A DNA stretch of 54,016 bases from Macrostomum lignano (taxonomy: Eukaryota): positions 1-54,016 of the forward strand of contig NIVC01003284.1 of assembly GCA_002269645.1 (NCBI GenBank). The letters are read 5' to 3'. The notes beneath the pieces are model-generated. The model did no database searches. It was not told the DNA's origin and saw only the letters and a program-made list of their open reading frames with translations. This document shows positions 26,901 to 48,120 of the stretch, in pieces. Made by a program: the position numbers and the translations under genes. Position 1 is the stretch's first letter, and every line of letters starts with the position of its first letter.

Positions 26901-27466
26901 TTAGGACTGTCTTAGTAATTTTTGTTCAGTTCATGTGCACTCGTCTTCTCTTTACTCTGTTTTCTCTGCCTCGTCCTCTCTGTCCAGTTCAGTCTTGTTA
27001 TTCTTATCTCTCTCCCTAGCTGCCTTCTGATTGGCTGGCTCTTTAATCTCGTCTCTTTCCCCAGTCGCGCATTCCTACCCCTGCAGGGTGGGCCAATAGA
27101 CACAGCGGGGAGACAAGGCTCGCCTTTTCTGCTACACGTCTACCCCTCCTTTTCTTATCTGCACTCAACCCCAACCCCCCCCCCCCCTAATTTAATGTCT
27201 TATCTATACAACTCGTTTGGGCCCTGAGCCCGCGCAACTTACTAGTACTGTTTTATTACCAATTCCAACTAATACAAATATATAATTCAACGGTTGTCAG
27301 TCTATTCTTCTCTAACACGCTGAAACCAATTCCAGTTGTGGTGGACGGCGTCGACTGGTCTGGTGTGAAATTTTTCCAACTGTCATCGCAGTGGCAAACC
27401 AACGTTAAACAGATGCCAATTGCCGTGTTTCAGGCTGGCAAAACTGCTTCGGCTATGGGCCTTTAA
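11936..27466 (+). CDS. PACS: Phosphofurin acidic cluster sorting protein (PACS1/2 family), about 907 aa; join(11936-11985,14881-15157,16089-16439,17585-17680,21112-21537,24362-24457,25181-26369,26741-26848,27336-27466)
   Basis: All introns are GT-AG with compatible phases, and the exons total 2724 nt. PACS motifs are present throughout: WESEKSSPCIIPR, MHAGSRRTLRS, IQYPHAIKRD, LIMLQRRKKYR, acidic cluster + STPKPSLRRYF, PRKEC, FVPFVVGVRIG, LQLDYWT, SRLICT, DGVDWSGVKFFQLSSQW. An additional upstream exon is possible (acceptor at 11930). Confidence 0.92.
14391..14569. mobile_element. Tc1/mariner-type MITE, 179 bp, PACS intron 1
   Basis: 33-bp imperfect TIRs (CGAGGGTTGTCCCAAAAATAGTGGGAAAACTGG / CCAGTTTTCCCGCTATTTCTGGGACAGCCCCTA) flanked by TA at 14389-14390 and 14570-14571. 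Confidence 0.65.
15207..15947. repeat. 37-bp minisatellite (AAATATCCCCAGACGAGTCTGTTAGTCAAATGGACTC), about 20 copies, PACS intron 2
   Basis: Period read directly from the sequence; copies degenerate at the right edge. Confidence 0.95.
16463..17522. repeat. 20-bp minisatellite (GTCAGTTACACCTGGTGTGT), about 53 copies, PACS intron 3
   Basis: Period of 20 is evident; contains the ACACC-T-GGTGT palindrome; degenerates toward the 3' end. Confidence 0.95.
18640..19790. repeat. 35-bp minisatellite (ATCGACACTACAAGCGACATCTTAATCGAACATTT), about 32 copies, PACS intron 4
   Basis: Period of 35; degenerate precursor-like copies at about 18410-18640. Confidence 0.95.
20444..21012. repeat. 24-bp minisatellite (ACATCTATGAGCACATTGAGTGAC), about 24 copies, PACS intron 4
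   Basis: Period of 24; explains the spurious (DTSMSTLS)n and (VSLNVLID)n ORFs. Confidence 0.95.
21591..22049. repeat. GC-rich 16-bp minisatellite (TTGGTGCTGGCGCCCC), about 28 copies, PACS intron 5
   Basis: Period of 16; very homogeneous copies. Confidence 0.95.
22450..22775 (-). mobile_element. tRNA-derived SINE, 326 bp, with 14-bp target-site duplication
   Basis: The minus-strand head GGGCCGTAGCCCAGTGGT...GGCTCGATTCC has pol III A and B boxes, and there is a short AT-rich tail (ATGATAAATAA). The direct repeat TCACTTCCTGTTTA occurs at 22436-22449 and 22776-22789. Confidence 0.8.
23260..23760. repeat. 16-bp minisatellite (CTCGAATCTTCACCTG), about 31 copies, PACS intron 5
   Basis: Period of 16 with CACCTG/CACAGG/CACCTT variants; explains ORF 23201-23917. 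Confidence 0.95.
24500..25130. repeat. 34-bp minisatellite (CACCTGACACCAATCCTCACCTGTTCACCCACCT), about 18 copies, PACS intron 6
   Basis: Period of 34; fills nearly the whole intron. Confidence 0.95.
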
Positions 27467-28424
27467 ATTGGACTGAATTAGTTACTTAGTGCTCAGTGTT
27501 TGTATCGGTTTTATTTAGCCGTTTATTGTTTAATGTTGTTGCTGCCTAATTGACATTTAATTACCGATGTTTTGGCACATTAGGTCAGGTGTCGTATCTA
27601 GCTATGCTAGGCGGCATTCAATACTGTTGCTATAGAACATGACATACCGTTGACATACCGTCCATACCGTTGGGACATTGCTATGCACATTGAATGTCGC
27701 TGCTGCCTGCTATAGTGGTGCTATGGCAGATAGCGTTGCTATGGTGGACACTAAACAGGCGTTGCTGTGGCGACACTAGATACTGTTGCTATGGGCATTG
27801 GATACCGCTTATATAGGCCTTTCTATATTTGTTTTCGTTCCATTTCTTTTAATAAGTTGCACACATTTTTGACTGTGGCTGCTGCGAAACCATGGTTACT
27901 GTTGCTATGCACAATTGGTCATTGTACTTTTGAGTTTTGATTCTTACAACATTCGCTGCAATTGAATTTTGATAGCTTAAAAAGTACACTTAGACCACTA
28001 TGAGTATCTTCTGTCAGTTTATACCCAGCTCTCGGTTATACCCATTTTTGTTAATTCTTGGCAGTTATAATTTTGTTAATCCAAAGTCGGTGAGTAAATG
28101 CTTGAGCTGTTGTCGTGGCTTTCGTCTGTCTTTCGCTTTCTTTTTTGTGTTTTTTTATTGGACACTTCTGGTGTAGCTTTTGATTTTATCCGTAGCAATC
28201 GTATTGTCGTATTATTTAATTATTCTATTCCCGTGTTGTGAGCGTAGGCTGACTGTTTTTAGTTGAGTTTTAAATCGCTTTTGCTTTTTCTAATTTAGCA
28301 TGCCACAGCGGCTTATAAATTCCCTGCTTCATTTTATACTTGTTGTCGCTTGCCATATAAGGTAAATTAAATTTTTCTGCGCTTTAATTTGCGCTTGGAT
28401 TTTTTGTTATTACTTAAAACATAG

Positions 28425-29005
28425 TTTAGGTCAAAGAGCTAAGTCTAGGTCATAGATAGCTCGGTTTAGGTCATAAATAGTTCAGTTTAGGTCATGGATA
28501 GCTCGGCTTAGGTCATAGATAGCTCAGTTTAGGTCATAGATAGCTCGGTTTAGGTCAGATAGCTCGGTTTAGCTCATAGATAGTTCGGTTTAGCTCATAG
28601 ATAGTTCAGTTTAGGTCATGAATAGCTCGGTTTAGGTCATAGATAGCTCGGTTTAGGTCATAGATAGCTCAGTTTAGGTCATGGATAGCTCGGCTTAGGT
28701 CATAGATAGTTTGGTTTAGGTCATAGATAGCTCGGTTTAGGTCAGATAGCTCGGTTTAGCTCATAGATAGTTCGGTTTAGCTCATAGATAGTTCAGTTTA
28801 GGTCATGAATAGCTCGGTTTAGGTCATAGATAGCTCGGTTTAGGTCATAGATAGCTCAGTTTAGGTCATAGATAGCTCAATTTAGGTCATTTACATCTCA
28901 GTTAAGGTCATAGAGATGGCTCAGTTTAGGTCATAGACATCTCAGATTCTCAGGTAAGGTCATAGATAGCTCAGTTTAGGTCAGAGACATCTCAGTTAAG
29001 GTCAT
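28425..29005. repeat. 21-bp minisatellite (TTTAGGTCATAGATAGCTCGG), about 27 copies, intergenic
   Basis: Period of 21 with a higher-order block duplication (about 28480-28690 vs 28670-28860). Confidence 0.9.
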
Positions 29006-29702
29006 AGATAGCTCAGTTTAGGTTAAATCTTCGTAAAAAATTAATTACCAAAAACTGCATTATGTCGAACGTTTTTCTGTCAGCTTGCGCTGACTCCGCC
29101 ACTTCTACTTACAGTTAAGTGTAATAAAATAACGCACAACTTCAAATTTACCTGGAAGTTGCAGTGTCTGTTATGCAGCAGATACACACACATTCGTTGC
29201 TAGAAAATCTTCTTTACTCAACTGACGGTTGCTTGTGCAATCCTGATTTTTCTAAATGCATTCTATTGTTTAATTTCGAGTGTTTAAAAATAATATTAAT
29301 TTATCTTTGAACTTCTTTGAAACTGAAGATATTTTGTTTGTCAGAATCATCACAAAAAAACGTTTTCCAAGAACGGTACAGCTTCAGTTATAAATCAACT
29401 AAAATTTACATCCAAGGTAATTTAAAAAGTATTTCTTGCTTTTTGAAACAATGGCAACGTACAGTACTAATTATACTAAAGCTATTCAATTCATAATCTG
29501 TTTAAATTGTCTGATTGTTTTTAGCAGCAAATTCAGTTAACATTTGTGTTGTACCCGCTTTGTGTATTGTCGTTCAAAAATTATCAAAAATTTTTATTAA
29601 AATTGTAAAATATAAAAATTATTACAATTGACTGCAAGTTTGTTAATTTGCTATTGTGGAATTTGTTCTTTCTTTCGGTCAGTAGCTGGTTTATAGGCTT
29701 GA

Positions 29703-30128
29703 AATGACACTCCTAGATCCTCTCTGGGTGCTAATGGCACTCTCCCAGATCCTCTCTGGGTGCTAATGGCACTCCCAGATCCTCTCTTGGTGCTAATGGC
29801 ACTCTCCCAGATCCTCCTTGGGTGCTAATGGCACTCTCCCAGATCCTCTCTGGGTGCTAATGACACTCTCCCAGATCCTCTCTGGGTGCTAATGGCACTC
29901 TCCCAGATCCTCTCTAGGATGCTAATGGCACTCTCCCAGATTCTCTCTAGGATGCTAATGGCACTCTCCCAGATCCTCTCTGGGTGCTAATGGCACTCTC
30001 CCAGATTCTCTCTAGGATGCTAATGGCACTCTCCCAGATCCTCTCTGGGTGCTAATGGCACTCTCCCAGATCCTCTCTGGGTGCTAATGGCACTCTCCCA
30101 GATCCTCTCTGGGTGTTAACGGCACTCT
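29703..30128. repeat. 32-bp minisatellite (GCTAATGGCACTCTCCCAGATCCTCTCTGGGT), about 13 copies, just upstream of MRPL27
   Basis: Period of 32; each unit has a CCCAGA/TCTGGG inverted repeat. Confidence 0.93.
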
Positions 30129-30224
30129 CTCAGCTCATTTAACCCAGATTCTAGTCTAGATGCTTAGGCCAATGGTGGGAGCTGGCAATCCAGATCGCTC
30201 ACAACCGATCTACTAAATGCTTGC

Positions 30225-31471
30225 ATGTCTGCTATCGCGAGCCACTGCGGCTGTGCGCTGCGTCGTCTCCTGTTTCTAGCGCCGCTTGCTTCGGCGACAG
30301 CGGCGGCTTATCCCGCTGCCTCCGTCTGCCAGCGGCGCGGCTACCCGGGCGGCGTCAAGAAGGTGCCGGATTTGGAGGATCATCCGAAACGGCGCAAGGG
30401 CCGTCACGTTCACCCGATTCCCAACAGCCAATACCGCGGCTTCACTGTTAACGAGGGCTCCAGGGTAAAACCTTTTTTGGGGCCGATTTGTTTTACCTTG
30501 AAGTCTTCTTTGGAATCTTTTGCTCCTCGCTATGGTCCCCTCAGCTGAAACTTATCACGGTCCCTCAGCTGCACCTCATTATGATTCCTCAGCTGCACCT
30601 CATCATGGTCCCTCAGCTGCACCTCATCATGGTCCCTCAGCTGCACCTTATTCTGATCCCTCAGCTGCACGTCAACATGATCCCTCAGCTGCACCTCATC
30701 ATGATCCCTCAGCTGCACCTCATCATGATCCCTTAGCTGCACCTCATCATGGTCCCTCAGCTGCACCTTATTCTGATCCCTCAGCTGCACCTCATTATGA
30801 TTCCTCAGCTGCACCTCATCATGGTCCCTCCCTCAGCTGCACCTTATTCTGATCCCTCAGCTGCACCTCATTATGATTCCTCAGCTGCACCTCATCATGG
30901 TCCCTCAGCTGCACCTCATCATGGTCCCTCAGCTGCACCTTATTCTGATCCCTCAGCTGCACCTCATCATGGTCCCTCAGCTGCACCTCATCATGATACC
31001 TCAGCTACACCTCAGCATGATCCCTCAGCTGCACCTCAGCATGATCCCTCAGCTGCACCAAATCATGATCCTTCAGCTGCACCTCATCATAGTCCCTCAG
31101 CTGCACCTCATCATGATCCCTCAGGTGCACCCACCTCATCATGGTCCCTCGGCCGAACCGCATAGTACCTAGCTTCCCCTCAACTCACCGCTCCACCACG
31201 CCAGGTGCGAACAAACGACGTCGTGTTGCGCCAAATCGGGCTTCAATTTTATCCTGGCGAGAATGTACGCTTGAACAGGGACAACTGGGACCTCGTGGCC
31301 GAGTCCAACGGCCGTCTGTTGCTGACCACCGAGCTGCTGGATCCGCTGCCGGACAGTCCGCTCTACGAGCTTGTGAAATCTGGCCAGGCATTTGAAAAAG
31401 TTTTTGTGCACGTGGTACGCATGCCGGAAGACGAGCTCAAGGCCGAGTACCAACTGGTGTCGCTTGTCTGA
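30225..31471 (+). CDS. MRPL27: Mitochondrial ribosomal protein L27 (bL27m), 168 aa; join(30225-30464,31205-31471)
   Basis: Arg/Ala-rich presequence-like N-terminus and a phase-0 GT-AG intron. The L27 core reads RGFTVNEGSRVRTNDVVLRQIGLQFYPGENV, and the C-terminus KVFVHVV...YQLVSLV resembles that of animal MRPL27. Confidence 0.88.
30535..31150. repeat. 24-bp minisatellite (CCTCAGCTGCACCTCATCATGGTC), about 25 copies, MRPL27 intron
   Basis: Period of 24; explains the (PQLHLIM)n and (PSAAPHH)n ORFs. Confidence 0.95.
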
Positions 31472-32402
31472 CTGTATTTCGTTGCTACCACAATATCTTG
31501 TTGACTTTGTGCATTAAATATAGCCGCAGAAGGCGACTTGTTTTGCTAAAATGTATTTACATGTACTCGATACGAAGGCTTCACTGCTTTAGTCAGTTTT
31601 TCTTTGCATAACTTATTTCGGCACCTATTATCAATGGTTTAGAAATTCAATGGCTATCTTTGTCCTGGACTATAGTTCTCAGTGTAAGAAAGCTACTTAA
31701 TATATGTAAATTAATTCACTACTGCAGTTGTCTAGTCGTTACTATTTAATTATGAACGATTCATTTGAATGTGCAATCTCGAGCTACATGCTTGTTGATT
31801 TGTTGATTATTTACTTAACAAGCTATGTGGATAGTCATCAAAATACAGTTTTATGCATGTGGATGCAAAAAAATATGAAAACTTAATTAGTACTTAAATT
31901 TGTGCTTGGAAAAGTTTCATGATGGATGTCATTGGTTTTTAAATAGGCGCTACATGCAGTGGTGATAAAATGCAATAATAAGCAAACGTTATTTGATAGT
32001 GTGTATTAGTCCTTTAGATTTATCAATATATGATGAATTTAAATATCTTCGCCACTAAAAATATATCTAAAGTATGTTTACCTAAAAAATCTGGAAAAGC
32101 CGAACTTGTACGCATTTTAACAAACAACACTATACAAGTAATGCAAACGACACAGTTAATCTACTAAATGTAAACAGAAGTCAATGGTATTTTTATTTTA
32201 CTAGGTTTTTTAGATAATATACTTCTGCAGACGGTGCTTAGCAAATTTTTTGGTTGCAGTTTTTTATTACTTTTTAATATTAATTTTTACCATCAGTGCA
32301 GCACAGCAGTGCAGATCTGCATCTTGTCTAGATATAAACTCCTAACTTTTTATTTCGAATTGATTGCCTACATTTTGCGTAATTTAAGCAGCTAATAAAG
32401 AA

Positions 32403-42324
<9,922 letters not shown>

Positions 42325-42930
42325 TAGATAGATGATGATGAATTCTAAACTCTAACTAGTGGGCTTTTTGCTTTGGAATATGATTGAATTTATCAGTTAG
42401 AAAACTCTGCCTATAAATCTGTTACAACTAAGACTATACTATTAGCTATTATTATCATTGTAGTGAATGTATTAAAAAACTCGCTGTGTACGACAAGTGC
42501 AGTGTCAGTTGAAAGAGAAGAGACTTGGAACCAACTGTTTAGAATAATATATACGAGTATCATCTCAACGGACTATAAACTCGAGGGTTCGTATTTTTTA
42601 TCCTTGTGCTAATCTGTTTGTGGTGGAGAAATATAAGCGAGAACAGTACCTGAATTTGCTAACTTTAATTCAACACCTGGATATGTTCTACTGTTAGAAA
42701 TAAAAGTCTAATTATCACATATTAACTTTATTAAGTTGTGCTGGTCTGCCTTTTTCATTTCTATATTTGTGTTTTTATACAGCGCCAAGTTTGATTTTTC
42801 CGGGTCAGACTTTTGGCCATAGACATCCTGAGCGGACTGGCTGCTGTGGGTTTCAACCGGAGAAGAATAGAAGTCAAGGACTTCTTAGTCAACTCGGAAA
42901 GGAAAACTCGCAAATTATGTTGAAAATGGT

Positions 42931-43100
42931 ATCTTCTTTATTGTAGCCGTCATGGCCGTGGGCGCATCCATGTATGCACCAGCTTCCGACATCATTGTCT
43001 GTCCTTCGCTGCTCTTCTTAGCCTGTCCACTGTCCATCCGGTCTATTCTTTCTCTCTTTCTCATACTTGAGCTTTCGTTCCTTGATCTCCATAGATTCTG
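42931..43100 (-). mobile_element. Degenerate 3' remnant of an RTE-like LINE
   Basis: Minus-strand fragments MEIKERKLKY and GWTVDRLRRAAKDRQ*CRKLVHTW resemble C-terminal motifs of RTE-clade ORF2 (recalled, not searched). Stops and frameshifts are present. Confidence 0.4.
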
Positions 43101-43102
43101 AA

Positions 43103-46040
43103 GAAGTTGGGGTGACGCTTGGTCGCCATGATCTCAGCTGTCACTTGAAGCATTGAAGATAGCGCCCCTCAGATAGGTCCCAAAAGTGCTTCTTACGACA
43201 GGTCCCGAGCAGTCGTAGAGTTAAGGTCAACCTTACGAAAGACCATAGACATACTAACGTTTCGAGAAACTACATATAATTAATAACGGTCTGTATGTGC
43301 AGGACTGTCAATGTTAAAGGTTCTGACTGACACCTCCCCCTTCTGTAGTTGTTGTTAAACGATCGGCTAAATTAAAATATGCGATTCGATCGGGTCCGTA
43401 AAAATTGTAAAAAAATCCGAAGAAAGGCAAAACGTTGCAGTTTATCGAATATGGATAGATTTTTTATCGCACAGTTTATTCTTTTAGTGTAATAGAGTAG
43501 TAATTATGTGTAGTTATAGTAGATCATACTAGTAAAAATATAGGTTGATTCTGTATAGAAATATAGCGATTCTTCGACTCTATATAAGAATCAATTGAGA
43601 GAAAAATGTTAAAAAGAAAAAGTAAAAAAGTTTAAATTTTCGATTTTGACAGCAGTTTCGTTTATAAAGAGATGCTTTAATTTTTGTCGTTTAAATGTAT
43701 ATAATTTGTCATAAAAAGCATGTCACATTAAAAACAAAGGGGGGGGGGTTTATAGCTCAAAGTTTAGCTACTTCTAGTAGTAAGATTCTAGAAAGATAAC
43801 TTAATCACTGGCAAAGTCAGAATTTGTGTTATTTGTTTACTGATAAAACACAAATTCCTCAGGACTTTATTGGGTGATACTACGGGCTCGTATATTCAGT
43901 AATATCCCGTAAAAAATTTTTTGTGTTTGATTTATGAGATGAAACGTGCCCTTTTCGGGAGCTATTTTCATAAATTGTATAATTATACACAAATATCCCC
44001 TTCAAAGTGTATGTTTTATCTTCCACTAGTACACAATTTACTTCGAAGAGCAATCAAACTTATCACAATCAAGTTTCTTTTACTTTCGACCGAATTCTCG
44101 CTAAACTTGTTGAGTGCACCTCGGGAAAGGCGCAAAACCAAAACGAAACAAAATATTAGAAATTTCAAGATAAAAAAACTGAAAACTTCTTCCTACCTCC
44201 TAATTTACCCCAGGCCAAGAAGCGTCCCCAGAGTCACTTGCATCCCGCCGGAGTTGTTGCAGGTAACACAGGTAAAATACGAGAGAAAAGTGTACTGTGA
44301 CGACTGTAACGCGACGAGATGTCACGGTAAAAGTCGCCTAAAGAGTCACTTTAAGGCGTTTGATTTTCTAAGACACTGATGAAACGAATCCCAGGTGACG
44401 CAAGTGACTCTAGGACACTTTTATAAATAAATCTGGAACCGTAGAGTCGCATTTCAGGAGTTCTAGAGTTGCTAAACTGCGTAGTGTAGATCTAGACTAC
44501 TAAACTCTAATTGGCCTACTTTTGAGTTAGTAGAGAGTTAATCGCTAACGCAGCGACTTTTCCGTGTCTCGAATATAAAATAGAAAACGATCACGTGACG
44601 CGCGTTTTGTACTCCACACTCGCCTCTTCCGTTGCATTTGAGTCTTAGAATTTACAAGGCAAACTCTGGCCCGTGGGCCTCTCTATCAGGCCCTCACGGA
44701 TCAGGTCCTTCGAAACTTTACAATATAGCCATCCCGCGCCCGCTCAATTGGAATTTATCTTCATTAACTCCTTTTTGTTTTCTCTCCCCTCCTCTAGCCC
44801 GCAGTCATGCATGCGCTAGGTTCTCTTTTGGCCCTTGATCAGGTAATAGAGTTTGTTAACCCCTGTGCTAAAGTCATAAGAGGGTTGTTTGCAATGAGTT
44901 CTTAGCAAATAAAGTCATGTTAACGTTTTCAACGAGTGCTCATGGTGTGCAGAAAGAGCCAGCCACAATAGATATGTCTACCTTCCCATCAGATTCGGTG
45001 TTGCCTCCATCCGTTCCTGAAACTTGCTTAGCTGAAGCAGCTGCATAGCTGGAGCCGCCGCCACCTGGACTGCCCGATGGGCCGCCGGAGCCGCCGCAGT
45101 AGCCACCGCCGCCGCCGCCTCCGGCCTTATTTGGTCCACCAGTTGTTCGGCCTCCACCGCCTCCACCACCGTAGCCACCAAAGCCGCCTCCTGATCCGCC
45201 ATCACCTCCTGCCAAGTTACTTCCAACGGTGCCACACTGGCTGCCCCCGGGTGGAGTTCCAGGTGATTGCCATCCTGCACCGCCGGCGCCGCAGTTATTT
45301 CCGGACGGGTTGCTTCCCGCGTTTCCGGAGCAGCCGCCGGTCGAACTGTTTCCAGGGCTGCCTGTAGCCGAGCTGACGTCTCCTCCGCCTCCTCCTCCTC
45401 CGGCCGCCAGCAGCAGGACGGGACTGCCGCCACTCGTGTAGACGAAAGTGCCGCCTCCTCCGCCGCCGCCATTGCCATCGTTTCCGGGTTTTCCGACAAC
45501 AATAGTCAACGTCTGAGAGCTGTTTAGGATAAAGTGGGCAATTTTTATAGCCCCGTTGCCACCGGCTGCACTTCCGGAACCTCCTTTGGCACCACGCGCT
45601 TCGAACCGATAGCAGGCATTGTCCACAGGGGGCGTGTAGTTCACCGGTGTTCCATGTTGTTTTGAACCCGAGGTTGGCACTGAAAATTTAAATTGACGAT
45701 TCGAAGTTATGCAATAAATATAAATTCATTGGACAACAAAATTAGATGGACGCTGCACTAAAAATACATGTACTTAGTCTTTTCTCTGTAGCATTTTCAG
45801 AGAAAATGCAGCTTGATAAACTTTATAAACTTGATAAACAGACCCTTGATTCATTTGAAATTCGAAATTTCAATTTCAGTATGTAGGAAATTTCTAGCAA
45901 AAAATCCTGAAAAACTGAACATTGAGCTCTGCGGGCGCCCCTGTCTCCCCTGCTGGCGGGGATGTCATCCAAGAGGAGCCACAAGTTGAGCTGCCTGTCT
46001 TTCGTCCAGTTTCGGATAGCTCGTACCTCTTTTTTATTTA
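43103..46040. repeat. Segmental duplication copy A (about 2.9 kb), paralogous to 51176-54016
   Basis: Collinear matching blocks, e.g. 43103 vs 51176, 43275 vs 51620, 43730 vs 52060, 44590 vs 52500, 44940-45680 vs 52847-53588, 45690-46040 vs 53590-54010. Confidence 0.9.
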
Positions 46041-47316
46041 GCTTTAAGTAAGATAGCAATTTTTGTTGGGGGTGATTGAGGGAGTCTCTATGGACGAGCT
46101 CAGAACCAGTGGTTTAAAAACATTTCATCATGGAAAAGTTTAAGCCGTATGACTGCGAGACCATCCTTAAGCTTTTTCTGCGAGTATTTCCAGCTGAAGG
46201 CTCGGTTTAAATATAAACTTTTGCTTCTTAATACTTCCGTATGCTAAAATTCTTTTTATGCCTACCTGTTACTACCATTGGAGCAGGAGTTGTAGTGGTT
46301 GTCGTAGTGGTCGTAGTCGGAGTCGTGGTGGTCGTAGTCGGAGTCGTGGTGGTCGTAGTTGGAGTCGTGGTGGTTGTAGTAGTCGGAGTTGTGGTGGTTG
46401 TAGTAGTCGGAGTCGTGGTGGTCGTAGTTGGAGTCGTGGTGGTTGTAGTAGTCGGAGTCGTGGTGGTGGTCGTAGTCGGAGTCGTGGTTGTAGTCGGAGT
46501 CGTGGTGGTTGTAGTAGTCGGAGTCGTGGTGGTTGTAGTCGGAGTCGTAGTGGTCGTAGTCGGAGTCGTGGTGGTCGTAGTCGGAGTCGTGGTGGTGGTC
46601 GTAGTCGGAGTTGTAGTGGTCGTAGTCGGAGTCATGGTGGTCGTAGTCGGAGTCGTGGTGGTGGTCGTAGTCGGAGTTGTAGTGGTCGTAGTCGGAGTCG
46701 TAGTGGTCGTAGTCGGAGTCGTAGTGGTCGTAGTCGGAGTTGTAGTGGTCGTAGTAGGAGTCGTAGTGGTCGTAGTCGGAGTCGTGGTGGTGGTCGTAGT
46801 CGGAGTCGTGGTGGTCGTAGTTGGAGTCGTGGTGGTTGTAGTAGTCGGAGTCGTGGTGGTGGTCGGAGTCGGAGTCGTAGTGGTCGCCGTCGGGGTCGTG
46901 GTGGTGGTCGTAGTCGGAGTTGTAGTGGTCGGAGTCGCAGTCGGAGTCGAGGTCGTCAGAATTGAACTCGTAGTCGGAGTCACTGACGCAGTCTCACAGT
47001 CTGCTGCGCCTCGCAGCACCTGCGTGTTGCAGGCCGGTCCGCCGCTGTGTTGCCAGAAAAGCAGCAGGTCGCAGCTGTTTCCAAGAATGCATGACCTGTT
47101 GCTAGGCGAGTACTCATACACTGAGCACAGAGTCGTGTTGCTCGCGCATTCGACAGCGCACACTCGAGGATCGGCAACGCCAAGCAGTTTGCGCGGACTC
47201 TCAGCTGCAGTGGCAGCATTGTGGCACAGGTCCGGCCTCTTGTCGAAGACAAAAGATGTACCGTCGGCGAATGAAATCAGCACTGCCAAGGTTATGGCAA
47301 CTTCGTGAAGTGTCAT
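44940..47316 (-). CDS. Secreted protein: signal peptide + PAN/apple-like domain + Thr/Pro mucin stalk + ALK/LTK-type glycine-rich domain, about 596 aa; complement(join(44940-45679,46266-47316))
   Basis: The donor CAG|GTAGGC after 46266 (phase 1) and the acceptor TTTTCAG|TG at 45680/45679 join the two ORFs in frame (1791 nt). There is a hydrophobic N-terminus and the apple-like Cys pattern CAVEC...CSVYEY...CIL, followed by about 230 aa of (PTTTTT)n. GRD motifs: YRFEARGAKGG, FILNSSQTLTIVVGKPG, GGGGGGGTFVY, LLLAAGGGGG, GGGGSSY, DGKVDI. No transmembrane segment. Confidence 0.8.
46290..46960 (-). repeat. Coding minisatellite (18-24 bp units) encoding the PT(n) mucin stalk
   Basis: ACGACCACCACGACTCCGACT-type units; every length variant is a multiple of 3. 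Confidence 0.9.
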
Positions 47317-48120
47317 TCCAAGACGCTGACAGCAGGGCTTGGTTATCGAGGTAGATTGGTAGATGCTTCTAAGCCAGGAAAGTCGCTAAGCCAGTGAGTA
47401 ATTGCAGCTCTAAATATAGTGTCTCAGCTGCATTTTCCTGTTGGCTGGCTGGGCTATCCAGCGAATAGAATTTGTTGTCCTCGTCTCCATGGAAACCATC
47501 CCAAGACAGTAGCTAATTAGCTTCGGAATATAGAGAGAAACTTTGCCTGTCATGCGGCAGTTGAGAGTAAATTGGTGGCATTATAAGCATTCTCGATGAG
47601 ATGATGGCAAGTTGCAGGATGCTGCGGCCAAACGGGCCTCAACTCTGCATCAGTAATCAACTCATTCTGACTCAAGCCGATTTTGGGCGAACAAAGGGAT
47701 TTTTTAACTTTTTTTTACTCTGGTTGTCAGAAAGCTTTTAATGAGCTTACTAAGTATTGCTGCTGAGTAGCTTTTGCAGTTGTGGCAAGCTCAAAATAGC
47801 TTTGTGCTGACTTGTCTTGAGCCTCGACAAGGAAGTGTCTGGATCCGTTTTTAATCTCTATTCGATCTTGATTTCAAATTTTTCGATATAAGTCAACAAT
47901 ATAAAAATGGCCTCGAGATTGTTTCATGAATAAAGTTTTCATTGCACTTCAACATGGAGGAGGAGGTGCGGGGCTCGTGTGGTGTTGGCAGAAGTGCATG
48001 TAGGCTAAGGGTTCTTTGAGTGGAAAGATGCCAATGAAGAAGAGTATGAAGTTTTGTGTTTTTGCTGCTTATCGTTTTGAAGTTGCAGGTACAGGTTTAC
48101 AGGTAATGCATACATGTTGA

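Noticed and set aside
30488-31172. (PQLHLIM)n and (PSAAPHH)n ORFs
   Set aside because: They come from the 24-bp array inside the MRPL27 intron, which is bounded by canonical splice sites.
44588-44625. TCACGTGA E-box/CLEAR-like and CTTCCG motifs conserved in both duplicate copies (also about 52502)
   Set aside because: Conservation is explained by the recent duplication, and no adjacent gene start supports a promoter call.
46241-47308. Poly-Val and Arg/Ser-rich + strand ORFs
   Set aside because: Antisense shadows of the Thr-rich mucin exon, which has the signal peptide, Cys domain and splice donor.
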